A stretch of DNA of 64,000 nucleotides, taken from NCBI GenBank assembly GCA_963817385.1, contig CAWFOM010000008.1, positions 96,001 to 160,000 of the forward strand, given 5' to 3'. The stretch is from an uncultured delta proteobacterium (lineage in GTDB: Bacteria > Desulfobacterota > Syntrophia > Syntrophales > UBA5619). The position numbers and the translations under genes are program-made. Below the pieces are notes generated by a model. The model did not search any database and was not told where the DNA came from. It saw only the letters and a program-made list of their open reading frames with translations. Below are positions 31,599 through 41,352 of this stretch, in pieces; the stretch's first letter is position 1; each line of letters begins with the position of its first letter.

Positions 31599-32903
31599 TC
31601 ACGATTCATTGCGCAGCAGCGTCCCGGTGGCCTTCTTCATCCTCAGAAGGGCGAGCTGGTAGTTGTAGACGGCCGACACCACTTTCGTCTCCGCAGAGAC
31701 CAGGAGCGTGTTGGCATCCAGCACATCCAGGCTGTTCGACAGACCGAAATCGAACTGCCGGGCTACGGCCTGGTAGTTGTCGCGGGCAAAGGCGACCTGA
31801 TCGTCCAGGAATTGAAGGATCCCCTTCTGGGTGACAAGATCCAGATAGGCCGTCTGCACCTCGATCCCGATCCCTTTCTTCAAATCCTCATAGAAGAGCG
31901 CCGCCTGACGTTCACGGGCCTTCGCTTCGGATACATCCGCTTTCCGGAACCCGCCCTCGAAGATGGGAAAGTTCAGGCCGATCCCCGCATAGAAGCTGTC
32001 GCGGACCAGGCTCCCCGCAACCGGATACTGGTCGGCACCGGCATACGCCGCTGTCGCGGAAACGGTCGGCCAGAAGGCGCCCTCGGCATATTTGATCTGA
32101 TCGGCGGCGATCTGCTTCTGAACCTCCAGGCTTTTGAGGTCAGCCCGCAGTGCAAACGCCCGTTCCTGAAACACGTTCAGCGCCGGAACATCGCCCTCCG
32201 CCGCCGCCCCCTCCTTGATGGTGAACTCTTCCTTGATGCCGACGTTCCTCGCCAGGACGGCCATGGCCAGTTCCAGAGAGTTCTGGGCCTGAAGACGGTC
32301 CGACTTCGCCCCGGACAGCTCCCCCTCCGCGCGCAGGAGGGCTGTTTTGGTCACCTCGCCGATCCTGAGCCTTTTTTCAGCCGCCTCTCGGTATTTACTG
32401 AGACGCTCCAGGTTGGAATCGGCAATTTCCAGGACCTTTCGGGCCGTCAGGACGTTATAGTAGGCGGAGGCCACAAACCTCAGGAGATAGTCTTCACGGA
32501 CGGCGGTGACATCATAGGTGCTTTTTGTCACGAACTGCTTGGAGATCCCGAGCGCCGTCAGTTCACGGCCGCTCAGGGATACGGACTGGTCGATCTGGAC
32601 CCCCCATGATGAACCGTATTCCGGTTGGGTGAGGCTTCCCGCGGAGTTGAATTTCTTTTCCGAATACTGGGTGATGCCGCCGGTGGCCGTCACACGGGGC
32701 AGCAGGAAAGAGAACGCCTTATCCTTTCCTATCTCGGAGATGACGAGGTTCTCTTCGGCCACCTTGAGTATTTCCGAACGGGCCAGGGCTATCCGGTAGA
32801 GATCGTCAAGGGCATATTCCTCGGCGAAAATTACGGCCGGCACCGCCGTAAAAAAAAGGAGCGCCACAAGGCTGCCAGCCGCCATACGATATATCTTCTT
32901 CAT
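31599..32903 (-). CDS. TolC family outer-membrane protein
   Basis: Signal peptide, two OEP repeats, FPIFEGG, LDVLDA. Confidence 0.9.
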   Translation of the reverse strand: MKKIYRMAAGSLVALLFFTAVPAVIFAEEYALDDLYRIALARSEILKVAEENLVISEIGKDKAFSFLLPRVTATGGITQYSEKKFNSAGSLTQPEYGSSWGVQIDQSVSLSGRELTALGISKQFVTKSTYDVTAVREDYLLRFVASAYYNVLTARKVLEIADSNLERLSKYREAAEKRLRIGEVTKTALLRAEGELSGAKSDRLQAQNSLELAMAVLARNVGIKEEFTIKEGAAAEGDVPALNVFQERAFALRADLKSLEVQKQIAADQIKYAEGAFWPTVSATAAYAGADQYPVAGSLVRDSFYAGIGLNFPIFEGGFRKADVSEAKARERQAALFYEDLKKGIGIEVQTAYLDLVTQKGILQFLDDQVAFARDNYQAVARQFDFGLSNSLDVLDANTLLVSAETKVVSAVYNYQLALLRMKKATGTLLRNES

Positions 32904-34279
32904 TTCCGCTCCTTATCAAAATATTCGGTTGTACCGACCCCCATCGCCCTCTCCAGCCTGGCGCGGCTGATGTTGAAGTCGCCGAGTGCGTTGTGCCGGT
33001 CCGATCTGGCCTTCGTGAGAAGAGTCTGGGCGTCGATCACCTCGGTTGAAGTTCCCACCTGCTCCCGGTACCGTTCGGTGTTGATCCGGAAGTTCTCCTC
33101 GGCCTGCTCGATCGCCTTGGCCGCCACCTGGATCTGTTTTTCCGCCTCATGGAGGAGGAGAAAAGCATTCTTCACCTCGAGGGTTATCTGATCCCGGACG
33201 TTGGCGAGGAAGTCCGCAGCCTGATTTTCTCGACTCTGTCCGAACTCCACGCGGTTTTTCGTCTTCCCCCACTCCCAGAGATTCCAGTTCGCGACCGCCA
33301 TGACGTACCAGCTCTCCTGATCCTTGAAAGGGCTGCCGGCGACGCCCGGCGTATCGCCGTATTTCGCGTAGTTCCCCACGAGGTTGACGCTGGGATAATA
33401 TTCGCTCTGTGACACTTTGATCTGACTTCTGGCCTGCTCCTTCCGGAGGGCAAAGGAACGGATCTCCGACCGGTTGTCCAGGGCCGCGGCGACGCAGGCG
33501 TCAAAGGTCTTCTCATAGGGACGGTCGTTCAGGATATCCTCGATCTCGACCGGGGTGTTGATCTCGCGCCTCAGAACCGTGTTAAACTTCGATCGGGCAA
33601 GTTCCAGGCCGTTTTCGGACCGGAGGAGAGACTGCCTGCCGTTGGCGAGCTCCACCTCGGCCTGGAGGAGGTCGTTTCTGGGTATCAACCCCTGGCCGTA
33701 GAAGCTCTGCGCGGTATCGCGGTGCGCCTGCAACTGTTCGAGCGATTGCCTTGCCACGGCCAGGATCCGCCCGGCCTTCAGGATGTTGAAATAGGCGACC
33801 TTCACCTCCAGGACGAGGTCCTGCACCGTGGAAACCTCGTCAAGGCGGGCGATATCCGTGGCGATGCGGCTCGCCTCGTAGTTCGCCAGAATCGCCCCCC
33901 CGGCAAAGAGCGGCTGACGCGCCTCGAGAATCCAGTTGTAGTTGTCTTTCGTCCCCACGGTCAGGTTGGCAGGCGGGATCACGGGCGGGATGCCGGGAAA
34001 AGCCAGATAGGGGTCCCGGTTGTAGCGGGTGTAGCTGTAGGAGGTGCTTAACTTCGGGAGGAACCCGGTGAAGGCCTCCTTCTGCTGCGCCTCGGCCCCC
34101 CGGACTCCTTCCCGTGCCGCGTGGATGAGGACGCTCGACTTAAGGGCCAGGTCGATACTCTCGTTGAGCGACAGGGGATTGACCCCGCCCGCGGCGGACA
34201 ACGGCGTCGCCAGCGCGCCGATCAAAAGGTTGGCCAGAAGGATGATCGTTCCGTGGAAAAATGATTTCTTAAGGGGCAT
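32900..34279 (-). CDS. TolC family outer-membrane protein (second copy)
   Basis: QPLFAGG, NLWEWG, EVIDAQ OEP motifs. Confidence 0.9.
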   Translation of the reverse strand: MPLKKSFFHGTIILLANLLIGALATPLSAAGGVNPLSLNESIDLALKSSVLIHAAREGVRGAEAQQKEAFTGFLPKLSTSYSYTRYNRDPYLAFPGIPPVIPPANLTVGTKDNYNWILEARQPLFAGGAILANYEASRIATDIARLDEVSTVQDLVLEVKVAYFNILKAGRILAVARQSLEQLQAHRDTAQSFYGQGLIPRNDLLQAEVELANGRQSLLRSENGLELARSKFNTVLRREINTPVEIEDILNDRPYEKTFDACVAAALDNRSEIRSFALRKEQARSQIKVSQSEYYPSVNLVGNYAKYGDTPGVAGSPFKDQESWYVMAVANWNLWEWGKTKNRVEFGQSRENQAADFLANVRDQITLEVKNAFLLLHEAEKQIQVAAKAIEQAEENFRINTERYREQVGTSTEVIDAQTLLTKARSDRHNALGDFNISRARLERAMGVGTTEYFDKERK

Positions 34280-34889
34280 CTTTCCTGACCCCTTCCAGAA
34301 AAATATCGAGGACAAAGGGAACCTTGCTTTTGAGAGATCCCTCCTCCGCCACGGCAAGCCATTTGGAGGCATAGGAACTGACGATCCCCGTCAGAGCAGC
34401 GGCCATCATCGGCGGATCCATCTTCTTGAGGATGCCCGTGCGGATTCCGTCGCGCATCACCTCTTCGATGAAGGAGACATAGAGGGCGTAATCGCTCCGT
34501 ATCCTCTCGCGGAGCTCCGCGCTCCCCTCTGAGAGCGACAGATAATCGCCCCGGACGAAGATGCTACAGAATTCGGCATTATCTTCTATATACTGGAAGT
34601 GGGATGTAACCAGGAGTTCGATTTTCTTGATGATATCCGCCTCCTCCTCCACTACTTTCCGGATACCGGCGTACATCATCCCCAGGTTTTCGGTGAGCAT
34701 CGCCGTGTAGAGCTGTTCCTTGCCGTCGAAGAACTGATAGAGGGTGCCGATGGCGAACCCCGAGGCGGCGGCGATTTCCGCGACCGTGGCAGTATAGAAC
34801 CCCTTGGCGGCAAAGACTTTCACCGCTGCGTCGAGGATCTCCGTCCGTCGCAGATTGAATTCCCGCTCCTTGCGCTTTTCCTTTTCCAT
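34269..34889 (-). CDS. TetR/AcrR family transcriptional regulator
   Basis: ILDAAVKVFAAKGFYTATVAEIAAASGFAIGTLYQFFDGKEQL HTH. Confidence 0.93.
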   Translation of the reverse strand: MEKEKRKEREFNLRRTEILDAAVKVFAAKGFYTATVAEIAAASGFAIGTLYQFFDGKEQLYTAMLTENLGMMYAGIRKVVEEEADIIKKIELLVTSHFQYIEDNAEFCSIFVRGDYLSLSEGSAELRERIRSDYALYVSFIEEVMRDGIRTGILKKMDPPMMAAALTGIVSSYASKWLAVAEEGSLKSKVPFVLDIFLEGVRKDAP

Positions 34890-34911
34890 TACCGATCCCG
34901 GCTTGATATAA

Positions 34912-34973
34912 TTGAAGAGCCGTTCATTTTATGAACGGCGGTTCACCATGCTTGCAAAATACCTTTTTGTCAA
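34912..34973 (-). promoter_or_regulatory. Putative TetR operator(s) and -35 box of the efflux operon
   Basis: GCCGTTCAT-TTT-ATGAACGGC inverted repeat (34919-34939), TGAAC-N4-GTTCA (34932-34945), TTGACA on the minus strand at 34968-34973. Confidence 0.6.
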
Positions 34974-35083
34974 GAAAAAAATGTGTCATGACCTCTCCGC
35001 TCGGCAACATTTGTTTATGAGGCGACAGGATGGAATCACCGCATGCGGTGGAGGTGTTCACCGGGTAACCTGCTGCCCCGCTG

Positions 35084-35950
35084 TTAGATCAGGTTCTTCT
35101 GCTTCAGCAGCGGCACCGGGTCGACCATGAGCTTGCCGAGGGCGACATCGGTTGCACTCGCCCCCAGGGCGATGCCCATGAGCTGGGTGAGGTATATGAC
35201 GGGGAGATTGTAGGGTTGGCCGCCGCCGTCCTTCAGCTCCCCCTGTCGTATGTCAAGGTTCGTCTGGCAGAGCGGGCAGACAACGGCGATGCAGTCGGCC
35301 CCCGCACGCCGCGCGCTGTCGAGGAGGTCTTTGAGGAGCCTCTTGGTGATGTCGGATCGCGTTATGGAGAGGCTCGCCCCGCAGCAGTCGGCCTTGTGGG
35401 TCCACTCAACTGCCTCGGCGCCGACGGCCTCGATAAGCCGGTCCATGACCACGGGCCGCTCATTGTCGTCGATGTTGATCGAGTGAAACCGCATGAGGCA
35501 ACCGTAGTAGGGGGCGATCTTCAGATCTCTCAGAGGTTTAGTTACGCGGCCCGCGAGGGTGTCGAAGGTTATTCTGTCTCTGAGGAAGTCGAGGAGGTGG
35601 TACATGGTGATCCGACCCTCGTAACGGTAGCCCGAAGCTTCGATGAGGCGCTCCTTCACGACCCCATCCGTCCGGTACCGCTCTTCCGTATCTTTCAGGC
35701 TGGTGAGGCAGGAGGGGCACGGGATGAGGACCTCCGTTATGTTCTGGGCCTCCATCTTCCTGATGTTCTCATACGGCAGCAGATAGGTCAGATCGTCCGA
35801 CAAGGCATGGGCGGGGCTCGCGCCGCAGCAGTTCCAGTCTTCTATCTCCACGAGCCGTATGTCGAGAAGTTCGCACACCTTCCTTACGGAGAGGTCGAAC
35901 TCCTTCGATGCCCCTTCAAGTGAACAGCCGGGAAAGTATCCTATCTCCAT
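35084..35950 (-). CDS. hdrB: Heterodisulfide reductase subunit B
   Basis: Two CCG domains: YFPGCS..WNCCGA..PCPSC and YYGC..DCCGA..VCPLCQ. Confidence 0.93.
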   Translation of the reverse strand: MEIGYFPGCSLEGASKEFDLSVRKVCELLDIRLVEIEDWNCCGASPAHALSDDLTYLLPYENIRKMEAQNITEVLIPCPSCLTSLKDTEERYRTDGVVKERLIEASGYRYEGRITMYHLLDFLRDRITFDTLAGRVTKPLRDLKIAPYYGCLMRFHSINIDDNERPVVMDRLIEAVGAEAVEWTHKADCCGASLSITRSDITKRLLKDLLDSARRAGADCIAVVCPLCQTNLDIRQGELKDGGGQPYNLPVIYLTQLMGIALGASATDVALGKLMVDPVPLLKQKNLI

Positions 35951-35957
35951 ATCCGAT

Positions 35958-36512
35958 CTACCCTTTTATAAATCTTTTGCTTGTTGCAAACAGATGCCTT
36001 AACCCCTCCAGCCCCCTGATCCTGTGGGGCAGCAGGCTGATCTTGCCCTTGTGCAGGATCCGCGGCAGAAGGCCGATGTCCTTGAACGGATTTATCGTGA
36101 GGGCATTGTACCGGATCACAAGGCCGAGCTCGTGCACCCTTCCCGATCTCTTTATGGAGTCGACAAAGAGCCTGTTGAAGAGGTGGATCCGCCCCTCTTT
36201 GGGCCGGTATCCCCTCTCGATGCAGAGTTTCCTTGACTGGTTCATGACCCGGGCAACGTCGATCCCTTCGGGACAGCGGACCGAACAGGTCGTGCAGGAG
36301 GCGCAAATCCAGATCGAGGAGGCGCGGAGCGCTTTTTCTTCGTGGTTGAGCTGGAGGTAGCGGATCACCTGGTTGGGCATGACGTCCATGTCGGGTGCAA
36401 TGGGACAGCCCGCCGTACACTTGCCGCACTGGATGCATCGGGAGATATCCTCGCCGCTCAGGCTTCGCATCTCGTTTTTCAGGTCATGAACGCGTTCATC
36501 AACCTGCAACAT
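35958..36512 (-). CDS. hdrC: Heterodisulfide reductase subunit C
   Basis: CIQCGKCTAGCP and WICASCTTCSVRCP. Confidence 0.92.
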   Translation of the reverse strand: MLQVDERVHDLKNEMRSLSGEDISRCIQCGKCTAGCPIAPDMDVMPNQVIRYLQLNHEEKALRASSIWICASCTTCSVRCPEGIDVARVMNQSRKLCIERGYRPKEGRIHLFNRLFVDSIKRSGRVHELGLVIRYNALTINPFKDIGLLPRILHKGKISLLPHRIRGLEGLRHLFATSKRFIKG

Positions 36513-38490
36513 GCTCTTCATCCTCCTCGTCGTCACCCGCGAGGGCGGCCGTAATCTGGGCGTAGATCGATTCATCGGTAAAGCCCTTCACATCGACGGC
36601 GCCCGGTTTGCATGCGGAAACGCAGTTCCCGCACCCCTGGCAGAGCGTCTTGATCACCTTGGCTACCGCTTTTCCTGCATGGGTATCCTTCTGGATCGCA
36701 TCGAAGGGACAGACGTCGATGCAGTTGAAGCAGCCGGTGCACTTCTCCGCATCCACGTCCGCAAGCTTCGGCTCCAGGGTAAGCTCATCCGCGGCGAAGA
36801 GGGAACAGGTCTTGGCGGCCGCCGCCGAAGCCATCATCACCGAATCGGGGATATCCTTGGGAAAGGTGCAGGCCCCCGCGATGAATATCCCCTTCGTGAG
36901 ACTCTCGACCGGTTGCAGTTTCGGATGGACTTCCGTGTAGAAACCGTAATTGTCGTAGGGGATGTTGAGCATCTTGCCCAACTCCTTTGCGTCGGGATTC
37001 GCCACCATGGCCGTGGCGAGGACCACCAGATCCGCCTCGATCTTCACCGGCTCGCCCACGAGCGTATCCGCCCCGTAGACCACAAGCCGGTCGCCAAGGT
37101 TATCGATGCGGGAGACCCTGCCCCGGATATAGACCACACCGTATTCCCGCTGGGCTCTCCGGATGAACTCCTCGTAGTTCTTGCCCGTCGCCCGGATGTC
37201 GATGTAGAAGACGTAGGACTGGGTCTCGGGGAAATGGTCCTTCAGGAGGATCGCCTGTTTGGCCGTGTACATGCAGCAGACCTTCGAGCAATAGGCCATC
37301 CCCTTTGTCTCATCCCTCGATCCCACGCACTGGACAAAGACGATGTTTTTCGCCTCCCTCCCGTCGGAGGGGCGGACGACGTGGCCCCCCGTGGGTCCGT
37401 TGGGGTCGAGCATCCTCTCGAGCTGCAACCCGGTAATGACGTCCTTGTGGGCCCCCGCACCATACTCCCCGTAGGGTGCGATATCAAAGAGGGAGAAGCC
37501 GGTGGCCACGACGATGGCGCCGAATTTCTCCGTCCGGAGAGTCTCCTGCTGTTCATAATCGATGGCGCCGGCAGGACAGACCTTCTCGCACACCCTGCAC
37601 TTCCCCTTCTGGAAGTAGATACAGTGCTCCCTGTCGATGACGGGGACATTGGGGACCGCCTGGGAAAAGGGTTTGTAGATGGCCCGCCGCGTCCCGAGAC
37701 CCAGGGCCGTTTCGCTCGGCACCTTGGAGGGACATTTCGTCATGCATTCTCCGCAGCCCGTGCACTTGGCCATGTCGACGGAACGGGGCCTGCTTTTGAT
37801 GGTGACATCGAAGTTTCCCACGAAGCCCTTTACGTTCGTCACCTCGGAGCAGGTGAGAAGTTCGATCTTTTCATGATGGGATGACTCCGTCATCCGCGGG
37901 GTGAGTATTCAAGCCGAACAGTCGAGGGTGGGAAACGTCTTCTCCAGGAGGGCCATGGTGCCGCCGATCGAGGGGCTCTTCTCCACGACCGTTACCCCGT
38001 ATCCGGCATTGCCGATATCGAGGGCGGCCTGCATGCCCGCGATACCGCCGCCGATCACGAGGACCCGCTTTTCCACCGGGAATTTGAGCGGCTCCAGGGC
38101 GGAAAGCCTTGCCGCCTTCGCTACGCCCATCTTCACCAGTTTGATCGCTTTTTCCGTCGATACGGCGTTTTCCGGGTGGACCCAGGAGCACTGCTCCCGG
38201 ATATTTACCATCTCGAACAGATAGGGATTGAGACCCGCGCCGGCTATGCATTTCTGGAAGGTACCCTCGTGCATGCGCGGCGTGCACGCCGCAAGGACGA
38301 CCCGGTCGAGTCCGTGCTTCGCGATCGCATCCTTGATCGCGTTCTGACCGAGGTCGGAGCAGCTATACTGCAGGGTCTCCGCATGGACGACGCCGGGAAG
38401 GTCCCTGGCCGCCTCCACGACCCGCTCCACGTCGATGACGGAGGCGATATTCTTTCCACACTGACAGACAAATACCCCGATCCTTGCCAT
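36499..38490 (-). CDS. hdrA: Heterodisulfide reductase subunit A, selenoprotein (UGA=Sec at 37909-37911)
   Basis: RIGVFVCQCG, AACTPR, NIREQCSWVH, GGGIAG, KTFPTLDCSA-U-ILTP (Cys in homologues), VQCVGSRD, CSKVCCMY, ferredoxin motifs; two ORF-track pieces are in the same frame. Confidence 0.93.
37879..37895 (-). promoter_or_regulatory. SECIS-like hairpin in hdrA
   Basis: GGATGAC-GGA-GTCATCC, 13 nt after the UGA. Confidence 0.75.
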
Positions 38491-38495
38491 ATTCC

Positions 38496-40535
38496 CTACG
38501 CCGCCTTTTGTATTCTAACCGCACAGACCTTGTATTCCGGTATCTTGACGATGGGGTCGAGGGCCGGGTTGGTGAGCACGTTGGCCGCCGCCTCGGCAAA
38601 ATGGAAGGGAACGAAGACGGACCCCTTCGGGACGATCTTCGTCACCCTCGCCTCGGCCTCGATTGCCCCCCTGCGGGACTCTATCCTCGCCATATCCCCG
38701 TTCTTTATGCCCATTTTCCGCGCGTCATCCGGATTGATCTGGACGTAGCACCGGTTTATCTGGTTCGTCAGCCGCTTCGAGCGGCGCGTCATCGTCCCCG
38801 TATGGTAGTGGAAGGCGTCCCTGCCCGTCATGAGGATGAGCGGATATTCCTCATCGGGAACCTCCGCGGGCGCCTTGAAGGGGATGGGTTTCAGCGCGCC
38901 GAGCCCTCGTGAAAAGGTTCCTTTGTGGAGAAAGCCGGTCCCCGGATCCTCCTTCGTGCGGCACGGCCACTGGATCCCGTTCTCGCGGATGCGCTCATAG
39001 TCGAGGCCCGCGTAGAGCGGCACCAGAGACGCAATCTCGTCGAAGACCTCCTTCGGCGAGGCATAATCGAATCCGGCCGCGCCGAGGGCCTTCGCCACAT
39101 CGCAGATGATTTGCCAGTCGGGGCGCGAATCGCCGAGGGGTTCCACGGCCTTCCGAATCCTCTGGACGCGCCTGTCCGTCGAGACGAACGTCCCATCCTT
39201 CTCGGCGAAGGTCACCCCCGGCAGCACCACGTGGGCAAGCTCCGTGGTCTCCGTGGGGAAGATGTCCTGAACGACCAGGAGTTCCAGCTTCTCCAGCGCG
39301 TGCTTCACGTGGCTTACGTCGGGATCGCTCACAAGCGGGTTTTCACCCATGATGTAAAGGGCCTTCATCTTTCCGGCGTCACTGGCGTCAATCATCTCCA
39401 TCAGGGTAAGGCCGGCTTTCCGCGGAAGGGTTACCCCCCAGGCCTTCTCGAATTTCGCGACGGCCGCATCATCGGTCACCGGTTGATACCCGGGCAACGC
39501 CGCCGGGATTGCCCCCATATCCGTGGAACCCTGCACGTTGTTCTGCCCCCGCAAGGGGTTTACACCGGAGGAGCGCTTCCCGATCTGGCCCGTGACCATC
39601 GCCAGATCGGCGAGGGCGAGCACGTTGTCGACGCCGACCGTGTGCTGGGTGATCCCCATGCAGTAGATGATCGAGCTCGCCTTCGTCTTCGCATACATCT
39701 CGGCCGCTTTCCTCAGCTGCTCCTCGGGCACACCGGAGATTTCCTGAACCCGCTTGGGCGTATACTCCTCGACGAAGGCCTTCAGCGCCTCGAAGCCCTC
39801 GGTCCGGGTCCGGACAAATTCCTCGTCGAACCAGCCCTCCTTGATGATGATATGGAGGAGCCCATTGATTACCGCTACGTCCGTGCCGGGTTTCTCGGCG
39901 AGATAGAGATCCGCGAACCGGGCAATGTGGGTCTTCCTCGGATCGATGACGATGATCTTCGCGCCCTTTTCCTTTGCCGTAAAAATCCTCCACGCCACGA
40001 GCGGATGGGCCGTGGTCGTGTTGGAACCGATGATCAGGATGGTCTCGGCATCCTCGATCTCCTCCACGGCGTTCGTCATGGCGCCGCTTCCGAAAGCTGT
40101 GGCAAGACCTGCCACGGTGGAGGAGTGTCAGAGCCGGGCGCAGTGGTCCACATTGTTCGTCCCGATGACGGCCCTTACCAGCTTCTGGAAGAGGTAGTTC
40201 TCTTCGGTGGTGCACTTTGCGGAGCTGAGGGCGCCGATCGCATCCGGCCCGTGGGCCTCGCGGATGGCCTTCAATCGGGCGGCGATGAAGTTCAACGCCT
40301 CTTCCCACTCCACCTCCTGCAACCGGCCCTCTTTTCTGAGGAGCGGCTTTTTCAACCGGTCTTTGCTGTAGATGAACTCGTGGGCGGACCATCCCTTTAT
40401 GCAGAGCTTTCCCCGGCTCAGGGGATTGGTCTTGCAGGGCAGCACCCCTTCGATCCTGCCGTCGAGCACCTCCAGCAGCATGCCGCATCCGGCGCCGCAG
40501 AAGGGACAGAGGGTATAGACACTCTTGTATTCCAT
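38496..40535 (-). CDS. fdhA: Cytoplasmic formate dehydrogenase alpha subunit, selenoprotein (UGA=Sec at 40128-40130)
   Basis: CPFCGAGC...[45 protein letters not shown]; no Tat signal. Confidence 0.94.
40099..40115 (-). promoter_or_regulatory. SECIS hairpin in fdhA
   Basis: GTGGCA-GGTCT-TGCCAC, 12 nt after the UGA; resembles the fdhF GCAGGUCUGC apical element. Confidence 0.85.
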
Positions 40536-40545
40536 CGTCACTCCG

Positions 40546-41352
40546 TTATCCGGAACCTTCCGCCTCGAACTTTCCATCGCCCAGGAGCTGCAGGGGCCCC
40601 TTCCCTTCCGCTACCGTCCCCGGCAGAAAATCGAACTTGTCCCCCATGATCTCCCGGACCTTCCTGCAGAGCTTTCTCAGGGGGATGTTCGCGGGACAGA
40701 CCTCCTCGCAGAGACCGCAGTCGATGCATCGCTCCGCCATATGGAACGCCTTGATCAGATGAAAGATAGGGATCTCCGGAGGCACAAATCCCGCCTGAAC
40801 GAGCTCCGTATCGTCGAGGGCGCAGGAATCGCAAAAACAGACCGGGCAGATATTCCGGCACCCGTAACACTTGACGCATTTGGAGAATTGGCCCAGCCAG
40901 AATCGCAGCTTCTCCTCTTCGCTCAATCCCTCCAGCTCCGCCATCGCTTCGGTATCCGGCACGGGGGCGGTCTTCTCGCCCTCCACCACCTCATTGGGAT
41001 AGGGTTGGGGGCACTTGCAGGCCTCCGCCATCTTGGCGTCGCACGGAACGCCGAAGAGAACGATCTGTTCTTTCTTCAACTGCTCGTTCCGGATAAGCTC
41101 GATCACCGCCCGTTCATCGCAGCCCCTGACCACGATGCCGAGGGTCGCCTCGGGATGCTTTCTCGCGATCGTCAGGAGCACCTGCGCCACGGGATACCGG
41201 TTCTCGTCGATGACGAGTTTCTCCACGTCGTCGATGTTCTCCTTCGTGAAGAGGGCCGGCCTCGGATGCCCTTCCTCGCGCATGATGCCGACGACGCCCG
41301 CGACCTTTCCCTGCTCCAGGCTCTCTCTGATCAGCTCCTTCAGCCTATCCAC
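40546..41352 (-). CDS. FdhB/FrhB-like 4Fe-4S subunit
   Basis: RGCDERA, CVKCYGCRNICPVCFCDSC, HMAERCIDCGLCEEVCP; lies between mvhD and fdhA. Confidence 0.8.
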   Translation of the reverse strand: MDRLKELIRESLEQGKVAGVVGIMREEGHPRPALFTKENIDDVEKLVIDENRYPVAQVLLTIARKHPEATLGIVVRGCDERAVIELIRNEQLKKEQIVLFGVPCDAKMAEACKCPQPYPNEVVEGEKTAPVPDTEAMAELEGLSEEEKLRFWLGQFSKCVKCYGCRNICPVCFCDSCALDDTELVQAGFVPPEIPIFHLIKAFHMAERCIDCGLCEEVCPANIPLRKLCRKVREIMGDKFDFLPGTVAEGKGPLQLLGDGKFEAEGSG

